A stretch of DNA of 64,000 bases from Lama guanicoe (taxonomy: Eukaryota): NCBI GenBank assembly GCA_013239625.1, contig MU054323.1, positions 2,480,001-2,544,000 on the forward strand, written 5' to 3'. Under the pieces are notes generated by a model, which was not told where the DNA came from, made no database searches, and saw only the letters and a list, made by a program, of their open reading frames with translations. Shown here one piece after another: positions 37,731 to 49,624 of this stretch. The position numbers were made by a program, and so were the translations under genes. Every line of letters begins with the position of its first letter. Positions within the stretch are counted from its first letter, which is position 1.

Positions 37731-40700
37731 GCCATGTACAGAGAAGGGATACACAAGTCAGAGAAGAGCTCTTTACAGGCCTTCCTAAGCCTTGTGTGCA
37801 AGAATAGAACATATTCATTCTCTGGAACGTCCTCTGAAATTACCACTGATGCAGTCATTCTTTCTATGAGCGAGCTCCAGGAAAGCGGAAGACATTGCAG
37901 TTCGGTAAAATAAACACTGAAGACTCAAAAAAGCTAATTAAAAAAAATGGATATGCATTCAGAGAGGAGTTTGGGTGAAAACAGTTAAGGACATTGGGCG
38001 CCCTCAAAAGTTTCTGGTCTTTTGCTCACATGAACCGAGCTCTAAGCTGCAATTTAAAAGCCAACACCCAAGCACAGTTATCTTGGCTAAGAAGAGCAAT
38101 CAAAAAAAAGCAAAGAACTCAGCTCACATATCCGCTTGGCCCTTCACTCTAATACTCTATTATTGCCTGTCAGGTGACAAAAGTGTAGCAAGCCTCAGCT
38201 GGTCCAGGGGCTGAGCCTTGAAGGGGGATGAGTCAGCAGTGCCCGCTCACTGGGCAGACTTCCTCATCATGGGCTTCGTGCACTCACCATTCCCAGTCTG
38301 GGCGGTGGCTACCTCTTGCCTCAAACACCGTCATCTAAACAATCAGCAACTTTAACAAACTCCTTCACATTCTAAATGTAACATCTGAAACTCCATAAAC
38401 AGGAGGGAACTAGTAGCAGTCTGAAGTTGTCATCATTGACAGCTTATGATTTATCTTAACTCTCCCTCGCCATTTGGCCACGGCTTTAAGTAAACACTTT
38501 CTGTCTTCCTCGTGTTCTCGTTACTGCCACCTCCCACTAATAAGAGAGACTGCCAAGAAAAGCATCCAGACAGTTCATTTACCTCCCAAACTGGCCTGAA
38601 AGTAGCCGCCCCAGTTTAGACAAGGGGCGAAGCAACTACTGCACATTTTCCACAGATGGAACAATGCTTCCCAAATTATTTACATTAACATTATTTGCTT
38701 TCAGGATGTGTGTAACGAATGGGTAGTTGAATGAAATATGATGGCGCGGACTGAAGACACCAGCAGTTCGGGCAGGCCATTTATGGTGATAGATGCAGAT
38801 TGGCTGCTCTGCTTTCTAAGAAGCTGGGGAGCTTCGGACAGTCTGTCTTTGCTGAGTTCTTGGCACCATCTTGTTCTGTCAGGTGGCTGGAGGCTCGGTC
38901 CAAATGCACAGGGAGGTTCCTCTCTTGAAGCACGATGACCAGAGGACCCACAGACTGTCTCCTCTCCCTATCACCCAGCGACTGGGATCCGTCAAATGAG
39001 TTGGGTGCTACACAGCTGATCCCAAGAATGACAGATGTTCTCTGGATTTTCTGTGCGTGTCACGAAGCCGCCCCTAGTAGAAGATGAGAGACCTTTCCCC
39101 GCCCAACAGATGGAGCCCACATGGGATCGGCCTTCCTGAAATTTTTAATGGCCTGCCCACACCAGATCCAAGGGGGAGCTAAGTATCAAAGGGTAGACCA
39201 TCATGAAGGTCCTACGCCCAGTCACATGTCTTTCATGCTTTTTAAACCAAACTGGGAGTAGAGTAGACTGGCCACTGGCAGATGACCAGCTACAGGATGG
39301 GAAGATGATGAGCAGAGTAGCTCTGTTTCTTCAAGTGCCCATTCCCCAACACATACCCTGCGGCTTATACCAGGTGCAGGAGTGATGGTAGGAAGGATGC
39401 CAGGGTGATGCCCCCCCCCACTACAGTGCCAGGTCAATCTTGTGGTGACAATTTCTGAGTTTTCTTTGGAGACTCATAAAACAATTCGCCACGTGGAATG
39501 ACTTAAATGGCCACGTGTTTATAGTATTTATTCAGTGCGTTCAGTATCTAAGGCTCTGTCTGGTAGGGAACCCCAGCAGGGGGACACCTGGGGCATTGCC
39601 TCCCCAGAAGCTGTCCCCACAGTGGGGGGGTACAAGGCATCGCAGTGCTAAGCGGTAGACCTGCAGGGTGCTTCTCACGTTTTCTCAAGGGGTGGCTACA
39701 TTCATGGGCACTTGCTTGTCAGTGTTTGTCAGAGGGGTCGGGGGTGGTGGCAGGGGTGGCTCCATTGGTACATTTTCGTTCCTGGGTTGTGTGCTGGGCA
39801 GAGGGCTGCGACACCACCACGGGCTGTGCAAGCCAAGACTGTTAAGAAGCAACTTGACATGTGAGAAGCGGCTCCAAGCATTGTCTCCAGACTGTCATCA
39901 GCGTATTTGTCTCCTGTTTTTTTTTTCTGTCCCTCTCTTTCTCCTTCCCTTTAAGGAATCCTCACAAATATCTCATGTTTTCCTCTAACCTCCTCTTAGA
40001 TCCCCAGGGACTCCTCACGTCAGAGTCCTGAGTTTCTCAGCCACAGTTGAATTGCTTCTGCTTAAATGGACTGTCTTGCTTTTCCAGACCAGGATGGAGG
40101 GGTTGGCCCGGGGGTTCCCTCTGTGGCGCCTTGGCCTGGTTCCAGCGCACCCTTAGTCAGAGCAGCAGGACCAGGCCCCAGCAATCGTCACCACATGAGG
40201 AGGAGGGGACCCCAGATTGGAGCAGGGGACCATGCGCTGCACTTCCCATCCCATGCTGGGGGTCTGGGTGGTTCTAGAAAAACAAAACCAAAAAGTGGCC
40301 TTTGTGTCCTTACCACTTTGGCAAATACTTTGAATTTTGAAACCATGAAAGACAGACACAAATTTTCTGTATTTATCTGAGGGGCGAGATGTTTGAAGCA
40401 AGTGGCAAGGCCAGCCACACACCTCTCCTGCCCCCGGCCCTTCCCCGGGGCCGGCCTCAGGCCTCCAGGCTGCGGTGACCAGGCTTCTCCGCGCTGTCCC
40501 CGGCACCGCGCAAACCCTCTGGGCAGCAGGCTGGCTCTCGTGGGAAAGCACGTGCTCCAGGCTGACCACACACTCCCTGAGTTTAAGGGCTGGTTCTGTT
40601 CTGTGTCCCAGATCCCCTGCATGAGGCCTTGCACATAAGGGGAATTTTTTAAAACCCTAAAGGATCGCTGCTCTTTGACCAACCAAATTTTACAACAAAG

Positions 40701-41734
40701 TCAATTATGTTTTCATTTTCCAGGGAAAACATACCCAGACACACGAGCCAACAAAACACACAGGCATTAACACAGACACATACATAGCTGTCTAGAACCT
40801 GCACTCAGACGGTCACCAGGAAACACACGAAGGCAGCCGATTACACTCGGATGCAGGGATCCAGGGGTGGATGTGGCTGGGGGAATATGTCCACACTGCA
40901 CCCACCCTCTCTGACATCACTGCCTTGCTCAGAGCTCCTGGCTCTGCAGTTCGGGCTCAATTCCTCTGGGCCTGAACCCAGCGGGGCCTGAGCTGGCCGG
41001 GCTGAGCTGAGCTGGACAAGGCAGGGAACTAGGGGCAGGACCGGGCAGGGCAAAGCCGCAGATGGGTTCAGGCGTCAGTCTCCGCCCAAGAGGGAGCTCC
41101 CTGAGTCCAGGGTGGCTCAGGCCCTGCCATACTCGGGTTACTTTAGCTTAACCGCCCTGCCATGGCCTTGCACCTCCGCTGACCACACCAGCCCTCCCCA
41201 TCTCCCCACCGGCCAGATGTGTGGTATACATTTCAGCCTCAACCCAAACACACCGGCCTGCCCCCGCCAGAAGGAGCAGGGCTTCAGAGACGGGGCCTCA
41301 ATGCTCCTGCCTTGGCCGGAGGCTCCTGGGAAGATACCTCAAGGCTCTGTCAGGCCTGACCCTGCGGGCAGGCTCCATCTGCTTTACTTCCAGGAGCCGA
41401 GGAAGCAGGGGATCGTCCCTTCTGAGTGGGCGCTCCCGGGACACTTGGGGGTCATGGTTACCTCAGCACCGTTTGTCTCCTCAGTAAACAGATCGGCTTC
41501 CACCTGAGGAGACCCCGGGAACACCCTCAGGCGGCCACGTTTTGGCTCAGGCAGGTTATTCATCAATGGAGTGAGCTACTGTCACAGGTTCATGTCACAA
41601 GCACTTACAGGCCTCTTGCCACGTGGCTGGCTGCGGGCTAGGTGCTGACGGGAAGAGAAGGGTCAGACTAGGCCCTCTTCCTGGGAATTACAGTTGGCCG
41701 GGGGAGTCTAGAAGTCAGAGTAGCAAAACAGCAA

Positions 41735-42030
41735 AAATAACAAGGCCTGGAGTTCAAACAGACGAGGTGCCAACTTCCGTCTCATCTCCGACTCGATGTG
41801 GGACTTTGGAAAGTTACCTTAAGGCTCACTAAGCCTCTATTTTTTTTTTTCAGCTGGAAAATAGGAAAATCTATTTAGCACAGGTTCTATGAGAATTGTA
41901 TTAGATTCTGTACAGATAACAATATTGCTAAAGACCAGAATAGCACTGGTCACTTACCAAGTGCTTACAACGTAAAGAAACTGGATCAGTCTTCAATCTC
42001 ATTTAGTTCTTACAACTGCCTTCTTAGTTT
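41735..42030. mobile_element. Two MIR remnants in opposite orientation
   Basis: 'ggcctggagttcaaacagac...gtgggactttggaaagttacctt...cagctggaaaatagga' (+), then 'cacttaccaagtgctt...tctcatttagttcttacaac' (-). Confidence 0.6.
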
Positions 42031-42310
42031 TAACCTGTTTTTAGCTAAATTATAAAATTTGCCAATGAAGTGTGCGAAGATAAAGAAATAACCCCCATGA
42101 GGTATGAAATTTTAAGAAGGGCTCTTGAACATGCAAATGCTTATAAATCCCAAGGAGCAAATCTCAAATGTTGGAATTTTACACAACATGGCAGGAAGCC
42201 GGGAAGACAACTGTTGATAAACTATCTTGCTAGTTCCCATTATTTATGCCACAGAGGCAGACACTTTTCCCTAACACCTTACTTTTGGCCAAGATCAAAG
42301 GATTAGACAC

Positions 42311-42624
42311 TATGATGGTTAATTGTATGCTTCAACTTGGCAGAACCATGGTGTCCAAACACTTAATCAAGCAGTATTCTGGATGTTTCTATGAGGGTGC
42401 CTTTTGGATGAGATTAACATTGAAAGTGGTGGCCTTTGAGTAAATCAGACCACCCTCCATCCTGTGATGGGCCTCATCCAATCAGTTGAAAGCCTGAATA
42501 GAACAGAAACTGACATAACCTTGAGCAGAGGACCTTCAAAGTTGAACAGCAACATGGGTTTTTCCCTGGGTCTCCAGCCTGATGATCCACCCCACAGACT
42601 TTGGCCTTAGCAGCCTCCTTAATT

Positions 42625-42667
<43 letters not shown>

Positions 42668-42719
42668 ACACACACACACACCATTGATTCTGTTTCTCTG
42701 GAGAACCCTGACTGATACA
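42311..42719 (+). mobile_element. ERVL solo LTR (MLT2B/D-like) with internal (CA)n
   Basis: 'tatgatggttaattgtatgcttcaacttgg...gggcctcatccaatcagttgaaagcctgaatagaac...ttctgtttctctggagaaccctgactgataca'; flanks gacac/gacag. Confidence 0.93.
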
Positions 42720-43321
42720 GACAGGGTGGTTTTTGTTGGCTCTGTCCTGGCAAAACTCCAGAGTGAATGAGACGTGTTCTGGGGTCCTAGACTGGGACAG
42801 GATTCTGCAGATTGGCTTGAGAAAGAAAACCTGTTCTTCTGCCCTGGACAGAACACTCTTGGGAGTCCCAGGACCTGAAGGTGGCTAATCCCAGCCTATC
42901 ACTAGTAGCTTCACAGGGATCAAGTCACAGAAAGGGGGGATGGTGGCTTCCGCCGTGATGGCTGCCCTGTGCCCCACCTTAACATCTTGTCGTCCTTCAT
43001 TTCTTAAGGCTTTACACCTCTTTGTGAATCCTTCACACACAGGATCATTGACATTTTCAAGGTGTTAAGCTCCCTTACTGCTCTGCTGTGCCACCTTTTT
43101 AGGGCCACAGTGTCCCTCTCACCTTATCTTGCCATCTACTTCTGTCTCCCCACTTCCTTCTTGTCACCTCAGGAAGCTCCAATAGACTGAGTGTTTTACA
43201 TTGCCCCGTTTTAGCAACCTTCCCCCCAGGGGAGAAGAAGCGACACTAGATATGTGGTCAGAAGACTTAGCCCTGAACTAGTGGTCACTCATTACCTCCA
43301 TTATATAGGATAAGGCACCTG

Positions 43322-43793
43322 GATTCATTCCTTCACTCAAATCATTCACAGAGCACCACCTCCATGTCAGCATTGCGATCATCACTGGGGGTGCCATGGT
43401 GAGTAAAAACAGACCATGAGCTCCAGTTTTCTGTGGCCACCCACTTCTTTTTCATTTACAATTACAATCTGTGCTCAGGGATTTGAAAATATACAACAGA
43501 GGAACCTTACATATCACAGGGGAAAGCCTTCCCCAAAGACATGATGTATAAACTGATTTCTACACTAACAGGAGAAAGGGTGAGGAAACAGCATTCCAGA
43601 TTGATAAAACACTAGTCTATGGGAGGCCCAGAGAGAAGAGATGCAGTTGACAGAAACTGGCCATGGATTAGCAATGGGAGACAGGAAGCACAAGGGAGGG
43701 GTCAAGGATGACTCCTGGGTTTCAGACTTGCGGAAAGGATGGATCTTGGAGACGGAACAATGGGTAAAAAAAGACCAGGTTGAGGAAGAACGG
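43322..43793 (-). mobile_element. LINE-2 remnant
   Basis: 'attcattccttcactcaaatcattcacagagcacc...atggtgagtaaaaacagac', 'gggtcaaggatgactcctgggtttcagacttg'. Confidence 0.7.
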
Positions 43794-44335
43794 TGTTAGT
43801 TCCTTGCTTTGCCATCCAGAGTCCATTCAACCTCCCCCATATACCACGACAACTTGCATTTTCCTTTGGGAAAATGGCTTTTTTCCCCTCCAGTGCATAT
43901 GGTTTGGGGAATTGCCTCAGATATTCCAGGGGCAGGCACCAATTGATTGAAGCTGAACAGAGTAACTGATCTCACTGGGAAGAGTGATTGGTTCTGGACT
44001 GGATCCATCCTCTTGCCTGGAAATTAGGCCCTGGACTTTGGATGATTATGAGGGAAACTTTTCCCTTGTGCTGGACTTAAAAGTGAGAGTGTGTACATTC
44101 AGAAGATCTTGCTCTTACATCATTAAAGGAGAGTCTGACCAAGAAAGGAACCAGTTCATAGGGAGTTATGCTGAATGGGGTTGGGGGAAGAAACTGAGTC
44201 ATAGAGACATCAGTCAAGCCCATGGTCCAGCTATGCCTGAAGTTGGCCTTTTCAGTTGCATTAAGCAATAAACTCCCTTTGTGTGTTTGGATCAGGTTTT
44301 CTATTCTCTGAAACCCCAAATTTCCAACCAATACA
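43794..44335 (+). mobile_element. MaLR solo LTR (MLT1K/L-like)
   Basis: TG start; 'gtgattggttc', 'tccagctatgcctgaag', 'caataaactccctttg'; ends 'ccaataca'. Confidence 0.75.
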
Positions 44336-44454
44336 ATTCTTGGAGGTTTAATATGAAGTAAAACTTATCTTGCCTTATACAATTTAGCTGGACTCGTTAG
44401 ATAAAAGCATAGATGGATGGAAAGGTACATAAAAAAATGAATGAATGAATAAAA

Positions 44455-44790
44455 GGCAGTTATTTTTATTGAACACTTTCTATGTGATAAGTACCATGCA
44501 AGATCGTTTATATGAAATTGCCATTAGATCAAAAATATACCTTGTTCATACCTTACATCAATCCTGCATGATAGTTGTTAGCATTATTGTCAAGGATGAA
44601 GAAGTTGCAGTTTGAAGAGGGTAAAAGATAGTCAAACAACTGGTGCAAGGGAAACAGGATTAGTGCAAGATCTACCTCATCTTGAAGCCAATGAACATCC
44701 TACAGTGCTTTCTGCTTTCTCTGAGCCTCAGTTTTCTCATCTGTAAAATGGAAATAATACTTCTTTCCTAAAATTGTTAATTGAACAAAA
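44455..44790. mobile_element. MIR remnants (- then +)
   Basis: 'tttattgaacactttctatgtgataagtacc' (-) and the strong core 'ctctgagcctcagttttctcatctgtaaaatggaaataatac' (+). Confidence 0.75.
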
Positions 44791-45144
44791 GGAGGTCTGT
44801 GTGTGTGTGGTATATGTCTCTCTAATTCCTCCACCTGTGTCTCTAGCATTATCAAGGGATGTGAACTTAGCATTCAAGATAGATGGCTTTGGTTTTTCTG
44901 TTCTTCAAAAAATTTTTTTTAAAATTTCCCTGATGTCACATGATTATATGCACACTTAAAACTCATGCATCCAAAATTGATTTCACTTTTCACTTTGTAT
45001 GTTAACTTTGCACCATTGTTCAAGGTTTATTTACCTAGAAAATTAAAAGAAAACCTGTTTTCCGTTAGCTCATGCCAACTGAAGTCTGTTGCCAAAGTCT
45101 CCCTGGAGGTTTGGGGATCCTCTCTCTGAGACTCAGGGACCTCG

Positions 45145-45465
45145 TAACCATTACTGCTCCGCTAACACCACCACCTCTATCAGTTTCGCCATCACTATCA
45201 CCAAACCCACCACCAAAGCCTCTACCTCCATCACCACCTCCACCACCACCGCCACCTCCATCCCCACTGCTTCTACCACTGCCACCATCATGTGCGCCAC
45301 CACCAGTCCATCAGCTCCAACCACCAATAACACCTCCATCCTCACCCCCACTATCACACCCCCCACCATTACCTGCACCGTCGCCAACGCCACCACTTAC
45401 CAACAACCCCACTGACACCATCACCAACAACAACTCCGGGGCTATGACCACCACAGCACCGACAA
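45145..45465. repeat. Degenerate (CAC/CCA)n trinucleotide low-complexity tract
   Basis: Seen directly; yields Pro-rich, Thr-rich and Val-rich ORFs in several frames. Confidence 0.9.
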
Positions 45466-46325
45466 GTGAGCAAGACATCTGACACCTATAATCCCTCATC
45501 TTCACTGGAACCCAATAAAGAAGACATTTTAATCTTTGTTTTGCCTGTGGGGAACCCATGTCTCAAAAACAGAAAATAATCTCTCCAAAGTCGCTCCGCT
45601 TCTAAACAGCCAAGCAAGGACTTGACGGCCGGACTGCTTGAATTGGAACACCTGTCATCTTTTCACTGTGGTAATCTCTCCTTCTCCCATGCGTTAATCT
45701 CTATTCTGAAAAGCCAGACTCTATTTTTCTTCTCTGGGATAGAGAATGGGAGTTCCTCTTTCAGCCTTTGTTGACTGCAGCTATGTTGAAGTAATCCTGC
45801 CTTGGAGCAACTGTCTTAATTACTGAAATGATAACAGGAAGTCGAAGTCACTATAGAGGTAGAGAAGGGAAGCTCTGGGGGTGGGGGGAGGGGTTTACAA
45901 ATGTAAGAATCACACGTGAGATTTAAAATGTCACAACCATGGGCTCTGACTATTGTCTGAGAGACCACAAAGTCTTTCCAGCTGGTGGGGACAGTCCAGC
46001 TGAGGTGGGGGAGGAAGAGGGACCTGGCAGTGAGGCCATCTTCCTGTCGAGATTGGGGTGTAGGGTTGCGGCCACATCGGAAGCGAGGGCAGGCTGAAGG
46101 CTGAGGTTAGCATTCAATGGGAGGATTGAAAGGATACTCTGAAGTCTAGATAGCTTTTCTAAAGAATGCCTGACGAGAATTCCAGACTTTTATAGAGGGA
46201 TATAGAGATTGGACATGTTTTGCTTTTGAACGCTTTTTATTTGCAACTTTATAGTTCTTTCTGCCATAAATTTGAACTGAAACGGATATTAAGTTGCAAA
46301 AACAACACAGTCCATGCCTATTTTT

Positions 46326-46347
46326 CACACACACACACACACACACA
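46326..46347. repeat. (CA)11 microsatellite
   Basis: Seen directly. Confidence 0.95.
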
Positions 46348-47789
46348 AAAGACTCGGCGTAAACTTTGTCTTGACTAGCACATAGAATGGAGTTTGGATA
46401 ATGCCTTTCCCCAGGTTTTACTACTCCCCTGGAACTATTATCTCCTCTATCCCATTAAAAAGAAAATTGATTTATTAACTGTTGATATTTGCACTTGGGA
46501 AATTCATCAGGTCCCTTAATCAGCAGAACTAGGAATCCTGGCCAGCGTTTCTGTAGTATAGGAGAAGGTACCGATAAGATACAGGCGATGTTCATAAAGA
46601 GTGTTTTTGTGCTTGAGAGGTTAACACCTCTTGCTTGCTCATCATGAAAAGCATCTTGTTTTCTAAACCAAGCATGAGCAGACCACTTCACTCTAAAGAC
46701 TCTAAGCCATATACTGCCATTTTTATTACAGTTCTTGTAAGACTGTTTCACAAGTGCCCTGCAAAGGTACTGTCAGTAAGAAGAAGAAATGCGGCGAATG
46801 CAGATATTTGCATGTTGTTTGGACGTGACTGTCCGTAGAAAGGTGCTCATAAACTCCATGACGTAAGAATAAATGGGTGAGAAATCCTGATTCCTCATTT
46901 GCTCCGCTAAGATAAACACCAGGAACGCTGGGACTTACACACTCTTAAACCTCCTCCAAGGGTTTGTTCGTCCTTGCATTTGTTAAAATAAACAAATAAA
47001 TGGCCTCATCAGAGAGTTTATAGATCTCTTTGACCTGATCGTACAAATTTGCCCTCTGCAAGGGCTTATGTTTGAGTATATTTAACATTTAAAGTACAAA
47101 TATATAGAAAGGGCTCACAAAGCAGTCCCTGTGAAATAGTCCTCTGGGCACTGATAACTGCTAAGACTGATGGTTTAGAAACCACATTCTGTGGTTGAAT
47201 GAGATAAATTGTCGTACATGAATCCTAGGAATCCATCAAGTGCTCATAGGAAGCCTCCTGGTGGGGTGAGGGCCTCTATGAAGGGAGGGAGCCGGCCCTG
47301 CCTCCACGGAACTCAAGGCTCCTGTTGCAGCCTGAGCTACACAGTGGGCATTTGTGGCTATCCTGGCTGCTTTTAATCCCTCTGGGTAATAATCTGAAGG
47401 TTGCATTCATAGTGTTAATGATTTGTAACCCTAGTGCCCAGGGTTGGCACCAAAAATGACATGTGGATAATTATCTTTGGTCCTAAAGAATGAGTAGCAC
47501 AGGATGCCTGTGTCTCACTCTATACGAGGCCTTCTCTCCCCTGCAGAGTAAGTTGGCATCTTTCTTTGGCTTACTTCAGAGAATGGGTTTCCAAGCCAGC
47601 CGTGAACAGCCTCTGGAGCATTTTCTGAGCCAGCTTCTGGTGGGGTATCGGGCTCTGGTACATTCTGCAAACAGAAGTTGGCATACTCAAAGAATGAGTA
47701 TATTTGTAAACCACAATCACATCAATATGAAGGAAAACACAGTATTTGCCAGCAATGTCTCGGCCTGTGTGTGAAACAGACTAGCAAGC

Positions 47790-48095
47790 CGTGGAATAGA
47801 CTAAGCTGTGGGTGTCAGAGCTGGAAGGGACTTCAGCATCACAAGGGCCAAGTCCACAATGATGACAGAGAATAAGCAACTTTTCCAAAGCCACTCAACC
47901 ATTAAGTGGCAGATCCGGGACTAGGGACCTAGCTGATTAGCTCCAGTCCAGGGGTCCTTCTGCTGCACCAAGCTCCCTTGGTTCCCTCATTTATGAAAAA
48001 GGAACAGCAATACTTGTCTGGTAGGATACTTACAGAGATTAAATGGGTTAACATCTATGTAAGTGCTTCACATAGAGGCCCAATAAATGTTTCAT
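47790..48095. mobile_element. MIR remnants (- then +)
   Basis: 'tcagagctggaagggacttcagcatc...taagcaacttttccaaagccac...aagtggcagatccgggactag' then 'ttccctcatttatgaaaaagg...agattaaatgg...caataaatgtt'. Confidence 0.7.
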
Positions 48096-48675
48096 AGGTT
48101 TCTTATTACCAGGGTATCACCCCTGGGAGCCACGTCGCTAATCATCACCCATTCTTGCCAGGCTCCATGCTGATGCTACACTGCTTTCCCATCTAAGCAA
48201 AACCTGGTGTGACGCTCGATCGTCACACATACCAGGTATGAGTCTTCCACAGAACTGACCTCTTGGCAGTTATAAAGGATGGATTAACCCATATGGAAAA
48301 TGGTAGCCTTTAAAAAATAACTTTATATAAAAGTCACTTTCCAATCCCACAGTACAGAAGCACCACAGACAATCCAGGTAGGTCGAGCCTAGAGCCCTTT
48401 ACTTGGTTTCCTTGAGATTTAGAGCTTGTCTTCTCAACCAAACACTCATGAATTCCTACCCTTCTCAGGAGTACATCGTTGTCCATTGTCTCTCTAGTTA
48501 AAAGAAAAACACTTTCCAAGCTCAAGAATTGCATTTCAATATCCAGGAAAAGAAATCATGTCCCTTTACCGTCCCTTTAGCATCAATAACTAACAAAAAG
48601 GTATCCCAAAGTTTATCATGTAGACAACGTACCTGAAATATGTTCCTGCTTTGGAATTACAATTGTCAGGCAACA

Positions 48676-48743
48676 CTGACACAACATTGTAAAATGACTA
48701 TAACTCAATAAAAAAAAAAGTTTAAAAAAAATAAATAAATAAA
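48676..48743 (+). mobile_element. Extremely 5'-truncated lineage-specific LINE-1 3' tail with poly(A) and TSD
   Basis: 'ctgacacaacattgtaaaatgactataactcaataaaaaaaaaag...' flanked by acaattgtcaggcaaca (48659-48675) and acaactgtcagacaaca (48744-48760). Confidence 0.85.
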
Positions 48744-49049
48744 ACAACTGTCAGACAACAGGATATGCCTGTGTTGTGTTTTGTGTTTGGTGACCTTGTA
48801 AGAATCTACAGGTAAGTTAAATAATAGCACACTAGTGTTGGTATACAGAAAATGCAGGAGGAAGAAACTATTGTTTCTGTTTTATGAGGCACACACAGAT
48901 AACTGACTTATTCACACTCACACAGCAGTGGAATCATAATTTCATTCAGGCAATCTGAGTTTTGAGTCCTCACACTCCGCCACCATCCTGAGAGTAAATC
49001 AGCAGACAAAACAAATGTGATCATTCACACCCAAAAATCTATATATATC

Positions 49050-49480
49050 AAAGAAGTAAGAAAGAGACTTTGAAATCAGAATGTTTAGAATACTAGAAAA
49101 GATAACAGAAGAAATAGAATTCCTGGGAGAGGTATGGGATGTTTTAGGGGGAAACAGAATAGGTAGAACTGAAAAGAAACAAATACAATTCTAAATGTGA
49201 AAATTATACTCAGTCACTGAATTAACAAAAATACCTCAATTGACAGGTATAATGGTATATTTAGAAAAAAACTGAATTTGACATTGCATCATTGGATTTG
49301 AATTTAAAAGCAGAATCTAGATTTGAGGAAACCTCCCCAAATGAAACAGAAAGAGATAAAAAGACAGAGGAAAAAAGGGAAAGAGACGGGATAACAGATA
49401 GAAAGTAAATGCCAATATATATCTAATGACTGTTCAAGAGATAAAGAAAAAAATGAGATAAAGCAAAAAACGTTAGATGT
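49050..49480 (+). mobile_element. Ancient L1/HAL1 ORF1 remnant, coiled-coil part
   Basis: A-rich 'tttgaggaaacctccccaaatgaaacagaaagagataaaaagac...ccaatatatatctaatgactgttcaagag' is typical of degraded ORF1. Confidence 0.65.
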
Positions 49481-49624
49481 AATTTTGATATTTAGTCTTT
49501 CATCATTGCTAAGTTTTTGCAATTAATAATTTCCTTTATGATTTATGCTTTAATTTAAAAGATTTTTTCAGCCAACTTTCAGACATGAAATTTTGAAAGC
49601 CACCTATTTATTATTGATTAATTT

